A DNA stretch of 13,009 bases from Polyangiales bacterium (lineage in GTDB: Bacteria > Myxococcota_A > Polyangia > Polyangiales > Houyiibacteriaceae). The stretch lies in NCBI GenBank assembly GCA_045106895.1, contig JBGCFM010000007.1, forward strand, positions 1 through 13,009. The letters are read 5' to 3'. Below, piece by piece: positions 6,809 through 13,009 of this stretch. How positions within the stretch are numbered: position 1 is the first letter of the stretch; each line of letters starts with the position of its first letter. The position numbers were made by a program, and so were the translations under genes. The notes beneath the pieces were generated by a model, which was not told the origin of the DNA, did not search any database, and saw only the letters and a list, made by a program, of their open reading frames with translations.

Positions 6809-7522
6809 GTGTTCCAGACATCGCAAGACTCAGCAGCTGAAATTCACACCCGCTCCGGAAGCGAGATCGCCGAGGCTGTGCGCGACGGAGAACTCCACGA
6901 GCTCACCCTCGGCATGGGCTGCTTCTGGGGGCCGGACTCTCGCTTTGGCGCAATGGACGGCGTTGTTCAGACGCGCGTCGGCTACTCGGGAGGTACGGTT
7001 GACAGCCCGCTGTACCGGAATATGCCGGGCCACGCGGAAGTGACACGCGTCACCTTCGATCCGGCGCTCATCGAGTTCGAAGAGCTCTTCGAGGGCTTTC
7101 GAAACTGGCTCACGCCCAAGAAGGCGTTTGGCTCCAAGTACCGCCCGCTCATCTTCGCGCCGTCGGCGGAACACAACGACGCTATCCACGAGTGGGCGCG
7201 CAGCATCACTGACCCGAACGCTCGCCCACAGGTCGCGGAGTGTGGAGACACCGAGACACGTTTCTGGGACGCCGAGGCCTATCACCAGAAGTGGCGCCTG
7301 AAGAAGTCGAACCCGGACCTCGCCGAGTCGCTCTTGGAGCGATTTGGTCCCGCGTGGGACGAGACGGAGCTGGCGACGAAGCTGAATGGCTTCGAAAAGG
7401 ACGCCCTCTCCAACGCCCGCGCCCCGCTGATTCGATCCCTCCTGGGCACGCCTAAGGAACGACTTCTTCGCCGCAACAACGCCGCCGGCGACAACCTCTA
7501 CAAAGGAAACGAAAAGCCATGA
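6809..7522 (+). CDS. msrA: Peptide-methionine (S)-S-oxide reductase, GCFWGPD type with C-terminal helical domain (about 237 aa)
   Basis: GMGCFWGPD (Cys TGC 6920-6922), RVGYSGG, HAEV, FDP, AEAYHQKW and LATKLNG motifs. The GTG at 6809 follows the purine-rich AGAAAGAGAA; the exact start is uncertain. Confidence 0.9.
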   Translation: MFQTSQDSAAEIHTRSGSEIAEAVRDGELHELTLGMGCFWGPDSRFGAMDGVVQTRVGYSGGTVDSPLYRNMPGHAEVTRVTFDPALIEFEELFEGFRNWLTPKKAFGSKYRPLIFAPSAEHNDAIHEWARSITDPNARPQVAECGDTETRFWDAEAYHQKWRLKKSNPDLAESLLERFGPAWDETELATKLNGFEKDALSNARAPLIRSLLGTPKERLLRRNNAAGDNLYKGNEKP

Positions 7523-7965
7523 GTGTTCTCAAATGGGATGACGTGCTGAAGCTCTCCGGCGCACCTCTTAGCCCTCCTCGCCGCGTCGAGAAAACCGAAG
7601 AGGAGTGGAGCGCGCTGCTTTCGACGGAGCAGTTTCGTGTTCTGCGAGACAAAGGCACCGAACGCCCCTTCAGCTCCAAGATGTGTTCGCTTTTTGAGGC
7701 AGGAATCTATGCCTGTGCCGGTTGCGGAACGACGCTCTTTGATGCGTCGCAGAAGTTCGACTCTTACAGCGGCTGGCCATCCTTCACTCAGCCCGTGGAG
7801 GCGAACGTCGTCGCCTACCACAGCGACACCACGCTGGCGCGTCCGCGCGTCGAGACGACCTGTGCGGTTTGCGACGGGCACCTCGGGCACGTCTTTCCGG
7901 ACGGCCCCAAAGAGGCCGGGGGCCTGCGCTATTGCATCAACGCGGTCTCACTCACGAAACTGTAG
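7519..7965 (+). CDS. msrB: Peptide-methionine (R)-S-oxide reductase (148 aa)
   Basis: KGTERPFS, Zn ligands CAGC and CAVC, GWPSF, HLGHVFPDGP and catalytic RYCIN. ATGA overlap with the upstream msrA. Confidence 0.98.
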   Translation: MSVLKWDDVLKLSGAPLSPPRRVEKTEEEWSALLSTEQFRVLRDKGTERPFSSKMCSLFEAGIYACAGCGTTLFDASQKFDSYSGWPSFTQPVEANVVAYHSDTTLARPRVETTCAVCDGHLGHVFPDGPKEAGGLRYCINAVSLTKL

Positions 7966-7998
7966 GCTCCATTCACCAGACGTAGAAAGGCCATACAC

Positions 7999-8493
7999 AT
8001 GACATCGAAAAAAGAGAGAGCTGTGCTCGCGGGCGGTTGTTTTTGGGGGATGCAGGATCTCATCCGCAAACGCCCGGGTGTGTTGGGGACGCGCGTGGGA
8101 TACACCGGCGGCGACGTTCCCAACGCCACCTACGTCAATCACGGAAGTCACGCAGAAGGCATCGAGATCGAGTTCGATCCGGAAGTGACCAGCTACCGGA
8201 AGATCCTGGAGTTCTTCTTTCAGATTCACGACCCGACGACGAAGGACCGGCAAGGCAACGACCGCGGGAGCTCCTACCGCTCCGCCATCTTCTACGCGGA
8301 CGACGCGCAGAAGGAGGTGGCTGAGCGGACCATCGCCGATGTGAACGCCTCCGGAAAGTGGCCCGGCCCGGTGGTCACGGAGGTCGAGGCGGCGGGACCC
8401 TTCTGGGAGGCGGAGCCCGAGCATCAGGACTATCTGGAGCGGCGGCCAAACGGCTACACCTGCCACGTGATTCGCCCCGATTGGGTCATCTAG
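7999..8493 (+). CDS. msrA: Peptide-methionine (S)-S-oxide reductase, short 2-Cys type (164 aa)
   Basis: [49 protein letters not shown] and the resolving Cys in GYTCH. RBS AGAAAGG. Confidence 0.98.
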   Translation: MTSKKERAVLAGGCFWGMQDLIRKRPGVLGTRVGYTGGDVPNATYVNHGSHAEGIEIEFDPEVTSYRKILEFFFQIHDPTTKDRQGNDRGSSYRSAIFYADDAQKEVAERTIADVNASGKWPGPVVTEVEAAGPFWEAEPEHQDYLERRPNGYTCHVIRPDWVI

Positions 8494-8508
8494 CGGAACG
8501 AGTGACCC

Positions 8509-8541
8509 GGCTCGTCGCTTCGACAAACGCAGCGGCGAGCC
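8509..8541 (+). terminator. Stem-loop downstream of the msr cluster
   Basis: GGCTCGTCGCT (8509-8519) pairs with AGCGGCGAGCC (8531-8541): 11 bp with one G-U pair, 15 nt after the stop. No U tract. Confidence 0.45.
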
Positions 8542-8559
8542 AAGCAGCCACACAAGGCT

Positions 8560-8574
8560 TATAATTATACGTAT
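8560..8574. promoter_or_regulatory. AT-rich overlapping palindromes upstream of the Pfa synthase; candidate -10 element or operator
   Basis: TATAATTATA (8560-8569) is a perfect palindrome that gives TATAAT on both strands. It overlaps the palindrome ATACGTAT (8567-8574). Confidence 0.5.
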
Positions 8575-8810
8575 CGAGCCAAACTCGTCTCATTCTGCGC
8601 ATTTCGGCGGCGCCGACTGCAACCTTGGCATCCAAGGTCGCGGGCTCAAGGGGAAGCCCAGAACGGGAGCGGGATCCACTCTGGCTGGAATTGGGGTCTT
8701 CGCCTCGAAAAATGACGCATCGCGGCACTTTTGAGGTCCATCACGGTCCTCGGAACAGTGACAAAACGATGACGCGATCTCGCCCGAGAAAGCGATATGA
8801 GGTGCGCCAC

Positions 8811-11800
8811 ATGTCCGAAAATACAAAGAAGTCCGCTGTTCAGAAACCAAGCCCTGTCCGTGAGCCCATCGCCGTCGTCGGCGTGAGCTGCTTGATGCCT
8901 GGCTCCATCGACGCGACGGGCTTCTGGCGCAACATCCTGGAGGGCAACGACCTCATCTCGGATGTGCCGCCGACGCACTGGCTGACCGAGGACTACTACG
9001 ATGAGAACCCCAAGGCGCGCGACAAGACGTACGCGAACCGCGGCGCGTTCTTGCCGGAGGTGGACTTCGACCCCCTCGCGTGGGGCGTCCCTCCGAGCAT
9101 CGTTCCAGCCACGGACACCTGCCAGCTCTTGGCGCTCATCGTGGCCCAGCGCGTCCTCGACGACGCCACGCGCGGACAGTTCAAAGACCTCGACCGTGAG
9201 CGCGTGAGCGTGATGCTCGGCGTGACGAGCGCTCAGGAGCTCCTCGGCAGCATGGTCTCGCGTCTTCAGAAGCCAATCTGGCAGAAGAGCCTCCGTGACA
9301 TGGGCCTGCCGGAATCCCAGGTGCAAGACGCCTGTGACCGCATCGCGAGTCATTACGTCGAGTGGCAAGAGAGCACCTTCCCCGGCGTCCTCGGCAACGT
9401 CGTCGCCGGCCGCATCGCCAACCGCCTAGACCTCCACGGCACCAACTGCGTCACCGACGCAGCCTGCGCCAGCACGTTCAGCGCGCTCAGCATGGGCGTC
9501 AACGAGCTGCGCCTCAACGAAGCGGACATGGTCGTCATCGGCGGCGCCGACACCATGAACGACATCTTCATGTACATGTGCTTCAGCAAGACACCTGCGC
9601 TGAGTCCATCCGGCGACTGCCGACCCTTCAGCGACCAGGCAGACGGCACGATGCTCGGCGAGGGCATCGGCATGGTCGCGCTCAAGCGATTGAGCGACGC
9701 CGAAGCCAACGGCGACAAGATCTACGCGGTCCTTCGCGGCGTCGGGACGTCGAGCGACGGTCGCGCCAAGAGCGTCTACGCGCCGCTGCCTGAAGGCCAG
9801 GCGCGCGCCGTGAAGCGCTGCTACCAGCAGGCCGGGTTCGGTCCAGAGAGCGTTGAGCTCCTCGAAGCCCACGGCACAGGCACCAAGGCTGGCGATGCCG
9901 CTGAGTTTGATGGACTCCGCTTGGTCTTTGAGACCCCCGAAAACGACGACGCTCAGTGGTGCGCCCTCGGCAGCGTGAAGTCTCAGATCGGTCACACGAA
10001 GGCCGCAGCCGGCGCCGCTGGCTTGGTCAAAGCCGTCCTCGCGCTCCACCACCGAACGCTCCCGCCGAGCATCAAGATCGACAACCCAAACCCGCTCATG
10101 GACATGGGCTCCTCGCCTTTCTACCTGGCGACGGAAGCGCGCCCTTGGGTCCGCGGCGGCGACCACCTTCGCCGAGCCGGCGTCAGCAGCTTCGGCTTCG
10201 GCGGCAGCAACTTCCACTTGGCCCTCGAAGAGGCGCCATCTCGTAGCGTCGGTCGTCATCGCACAGCGCCGACGGAACTGGTCATCGTCGGCGCGGACGA
10301 CGCCGCGAGCCTAGCGAGCGCGCTGCGCAAACTGGCGGACGAGGTCGGCGACGAAGCCGGCACCCTCACCTTCTTGGCGCGCTCCACGCAGAGCGCCTAC
10401 GACGCGAAGAAGAACGCTCGCGCCGCCGTCGTCGTCAAAGACGAAGCGGAGCTCATCGAGAAGCTTCGGAAGGCCGCGGACCTCGCCGAAGCCGGCAAGA
10501 CCAAGAGCGCGCCGATGGTGCACGTGGGCTTTGGCGCGCCGGAAGGCGACGTCGCCTTCATGTTCCCAGGTCAGGGCAGCCAGTACACCTTTATGGGCGC
10601 CGACTTGGCCATGGCCCACGACGCGGCTCTCGCCGTTTGGGACCGTCACGCGAGCGCCGGCCCGGAAGGAAAAGGGTTCCACGACGTTGTCTTCCCCAAG
10701 CCCGCCTTCGGCGACGAAGCGAAGAAGGCACGTGAGGCACGCCTGACGGAAACCCAGAACGCGCAGCCTTCCATCGGTCTGACCAGCGCATCCATGCTCG
10801 CTTTGCTCAAGAGCGTCGGCCTCGAGTTCTCCATGAGCGCTGGTCACAGCTACGGCGAGATCTCCGCGCTCCACGCCGCGGGCGCCATGGACGAAGCGAC
10901 GTTCCTCGCCGCTTCCCAGGCGCGCGGCGCTTCCATGGCCGAGGCCGCAGAACAGTCCGGCGGTGGCACGATGCTCGCTGTAAGCGCTACACGTGAAGAC
11001 GTCGCCGAGATCGTCAAAGGCATCGACGTCGTCGCTGCAAACCACAACCACCCGACGCAGGTGGTTCTTTCCGGCAGCGTCGCCGCCATCGAAGAGGCCG
11101 CCGCGAAGCTCAAGGCCGCCAAGAAGCGTGCGACGCGCCTTCCTGTGGCGACCGCCTTCCACTCGCCCATCGTCGCCGGCGCCGTCAAACCCTTCGCCGC
11201 GCGTCTTGAAACGCTGGCGATTCAGACGCCGCAGAAGCCCGTCTACTGCAACGCCACGACGGCCGCCTACGAAGGTGACCCGAAGGCGCGCATCGCCGGC
11301 GCCATCGCGTCGCCGGTTCGCTTCGTCGAAGAGGTCAGCGCCATGGCGGAAGCCGGCGCACGCACCTTCGTGGAGGTCGGTCCTGGTTCGGTTCTGACGG
11401 GACTCATCGGCCGCATCCTCAAGGGCCAGCCCCACCGCGCGCTCTCCATGGACCGCAAGGGTCGTCACGGCCTGACCTCGATGCAGGACGCGCTCGCTCA
11501 GCTCGTCGCAGACGGACGCCCCATGCAGCTCGCTGCGCTTTGGGAAGAATACACGCTCACCGAAGACCCACGCGCAGCCACGAAGCCCAAGCTCACGCTC
11601 AAGCTCAACGGCAGTAACTACGACAAGCCGTATCCGCCGAAGAACGGTGCAGCGGGTCTTCCGAAGCCAAACGCCGAGCGCGCTCCAGAGGCTGCTCAGG
11701 TCGTCGAGAAGATCGTCGAGGTCGAGGTCGAACGCGTCGTCGAGAAGATCGTCGAAGTTCCAGTGGAACGAATCGTCGAGAAGATCGTCGAGGTCCCCGT

Positions 11801-13009
11801 GCACGTTCCAGCGGCCGCCGGTCAGGCGCCGCAGCAGGCCGGACAGAACGAATGGCTGACGTCCTTCGCGGATGCCCAGCAGCAGACCGTCGACGCGCAT
11901 CGCGCCTTCCAGGAGATGATGGCCCAGAGTCATCAGGCGTTCCTCCAGGCCTCGCAGACGAGCGTCTTCGGCATGACCATGCAGCAGGCGACGCCGAGCT
12001 TCGCGGCTCCTGGCTACACGCAGCCCCAAGCCCCTGCGCTTCCTGCGCACACGCCTATGCCGCAGACGCTGGTCTCATACCCCGCGCCCGAAGCATACGA
12101 GGCTGCTCCGTCGCCAACACCCGCGCCAGCCTATGCTGCGCCGGCGGCCCCCCCCGCGCCTGTCGCGGCGCCCGCGGCTGTCGCGGCGGCTCCCGCTCCG
12201 GCCGCAGCCCCCGCACCTGTCGCGCCTGTCGCTGCGACCCCCGCTGCGGCTGCCCCTGCGGCGTCCGGTGGTATCGACACGGCGACGCTTCGAACCGTTC
12301 TATTGAACGTCGTCTCCGAGAAAACCGGCTACCCGCCGGAGATGCTCGACCTCAACATGGACATGGAAGCCGACCTCGGCATCGACTCCATCAAGCGCGT
12401 CGAGATCCTCAGCGGCATCAAGGAGCAGGTCGCAGGCTTGCCCGAAGTGGACGCAGCAGAACTCTCCAAGACAACGACGCTCGCGGAAATCGTCGGCATC
12501 TACGAGCCTCTCCTGACGGGTGGCTCGGCGCCCGCGGCCGCAGCACCGGCCGCCGCTCCTGCAGCGACCTCCACAGCGGCCAGCTCCGCGGGTCCAAACA
12601 TCGACGCACTGCGCACCGTGCTTCTCCGCGTTGTCTCCGAGAAGACCGGCTACCCGCCGGAGATGCTCGACCTCAACATGGACATGGAAGCCGACCTCGG
12701 CATCGACTCCATCAAGCGCGTAGAAATCCTCAGCGGCATGAAAGAGCAGGTCGACGGCTTGCCCGACGTGGACGCCGCCGAACTCTCCAAGACGCGGACG
12801 CTCGCTGAGATCGTCGGCATCTACGAGCCCCTCCTCGGAGCAGCTCCATCCGCTCCAGCTCCAGCGACATCCGCACCTGCCGCGGTCCCTGCTGCTTCCG
12901 GCGGCGCGACCATCGACCACCTCCAAGGTGTTCTTCTGAACGTCGTCGCCGAGAAGACCGGCTACCCGCCGGAGATGCTCGACTTGAACATGGACATGGA
13001 AGCCGACCT
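8811..13009 (+). CDS. pfaA: PfaA/Pfa2-type iterative type I PKS / PUFA synthase (KS-MAT-ACPn), partial: runs off the window end
   Basis: Frame +3 is open for 1399 codons from ATG 8811 (RBS GAGGT 8799-8803). KS motifs: EPIAVVG, WQESTFPGVLGNVVAGRIANR, DAACAS (Cys 9465), EAHGTGT (His 9870), KSQIGHTKAAAG (His 9993). MAT motifs: FPGQGSQ (10563), GHSYG (Ser 10848), TAFHS (11151). Tandem ACPs read EKTGYPPEMLDLNMDMEADLGIDSIKRVEI. Confidence 0.96.
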   Translation, partial: MSENTKKSAVQKPSPVREPIAVVGVSCLMPGSIDATGFWRNILEGNDLISDVPPTHWLTEDYYDENPKARDKTYANRGAFLPEVDFDPLAWGVPPSIVPATDTCQLLALIVAQRVLDDATRGQFKDLDRERVSVMLGVTSAQELLGSMVSRLQKPIWQKSLRDMGLPESQVQDACDRIASHYVEWQESTFPGVLGNVVAGRIANRLDLHGTNCVTDAACASTFSALSMGVNELRLNEADMVVIGGADTMNDIFMYMCFSKTPALSPSGDCRPFSDQADGTMLGEGIGMVALKRLSDAEANGDKIYAVLRGVGTSSDGRAKSVYAPLPEGQARAVKRCYQQAGFGPESVELLEAHGTGTKAGDAAEFDGLRLVFETPENDDAQWCALGSVKSQIGHTKAAAGAAGLVKAVLALHHRTLPPSIKIDNPNPLMDMGSSPFYLATEARPWVRGGDHLRRAGVSSFGFGGSNFHLALEEAPSRSVGRHRTAPTELVIVGADDAASLASALRKLADEVGDEAGTLTFLARSTQSAYDAKKNARAAVVVKDEAELIEKLRKAADLAEAGKTKSAPMVHVGFGAPEGDVAFMFPGQGSQYTFMGADLAMAHDAALAVWDRHASAGPEGKGFHDVVFPKPAFGDEAKKAREARLTETQNAQPSIGLTSASMLALLKSVGLEFSMSAGHSYGEISALHAAGAMDEATFLAASQARGASMAEAAEQSGGGTMLAVSATREDVAEIVKGIDVVAANHNHPTQVVLSGSVAAIEEAAAKLKAAKKRATRLPVATAFHSPIVAGAVKPFAARLETLAIQTPQKPVYCNATTAAYEGDPKARIAGAIASPVRFVEEVSAMAEAGARTFVEVGPGSVLTGLIGRILKGQPHRALSMDRKGRHGLTSMQDALAQLVADGRPMQLAALWEEYTLTEDPRAATKPKLTLKLNGSNYDKPYPPKNGAAGLPKPNAERAPEAAQVVEKIVEVEVERVVEKIVEVPVERIVEKIVEVPVHVPAAAGQAPQQAGQNEWLTSFADAQQQTVDAHRAFQEMMAQSHQAFLQASQTSVFGMTMQQATPSFAAPGYTQPQAPALPAHTPMPQTLVSYPAPEAYEAAPSPTPAPAYAAPAAPPAPVAAPAAVAAAPAPAAAPAPVAPVAATPAAAAPAASGGIDTATLRTVLLNVVSEKTGYPPEMLDLNMDMEADLGIDSIKRVEILSGIKEQVAGLPEVDAAELSKTTTLAEIVGIYEPLLTGGSAPAAAAPAAAPAATSTAASSAGPNIDALRTVLLRVVSEKTGYPPEMLDLNMDMEADLGIDSIKRVEILSGMKEQVDGLPDVDAAELSKTRTLAEIVGIYEPLLGAAPSAPAPATSAPAAVPAASGGATIDHLQGVLLNVVAEKTGYPPEMLDLNMDMEAD
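11700..11807 (+). repeat. Three 36-nt (12-aa) tandem repeats in the MAT-ACP linker
   Basis: VVEKIVEVEVER (11700-11735), VVEKIVEVPVER (11736-11771), IVEKIVEVPVHV (11772-11807). Confidence 0.92.
12273..13009 (+). repeat. Tandem ACP domain repeats (two complete, third truncated by the window)
   Basis: ACP1 about 12273-12515 (Ser TCC 12387), ACP2 about 12594-12836 (Ser 12708), ACP3 from about 12906. Periods are 321 and 312 nt, with Ala/Pro linkers. Confidence 0.95.

Noticed and set aside
6920..6922. Possible selenocysteine in the first MsrA
   Set aside because: The catalytic codon is TGC, and none of the three msr genes has an internal in-frame TGA.
8559..8573. PerR-box-like TTATAAT half-site
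   Set aside because: It does not form the 7-1-7 TTATAATnATTATAA box, so it is kept only as a generic palindrome.
8600..8660. SAH-riboswitch-like CTGCAAC-hairpin-GGCTC
   Set aside because: It lacks the GAGGAGCG 5' motif and its pseudoknot partner, and the gene context does not fit.
8646..12926. Long minus-strand and off-frame ORFs (e.g. 10311..12050, 9426..10259, 11852..12808, 12300..12926)
   Set aside because: They are shadows of the high-GC3 pfaA-like reading frame and contain no recognisable motifs.

Overview
GC-rich bacterial DNA, probably Myxococcota (inferred from the myxobacterial-type Pfa synthase and the RCC1-repeat and small lipoproteins). The left part (1-3050) is a decaying accessory patch. 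It holds the 3' end of an IS3-family transposase apparently fused to an orphan gene tail, a 440-aa hypothetical protein with a possible C-terminal SMI1/KNR4 (SUKH)-like domain, a second IS3 (IS51-like) remnant facing the first, and a frameshifted exported membrane-protein gene. The middle (3124-6497) encodes a small lipoprotein, an RCC1-repeat lipoprotein, a 2-TM protein, an ankyrin protein and an OmpA-like protein. Next is an msrA-msrB-msrA cluster with two different MsrA classes (6809-8493). It is followed by the 5' 1399 codons of a PfaA/Pfa2-type iterative PKS/PUFA synthase (KS-MAT-tandem ACPs, 8811 to the window end), which the ORF track missed because no stop falls inside the window. The most unusual features are an alveolin/articulin-like (V/I)VEKIVEVPVER repeat inside the synthase linker and the msrA-msrB-msrA cluster sitting where the enoyl-reductase gene pfa1 lies in characterised myxobacterial pfa clusters. 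No wholly new system is demonstrable from the sequence alone.
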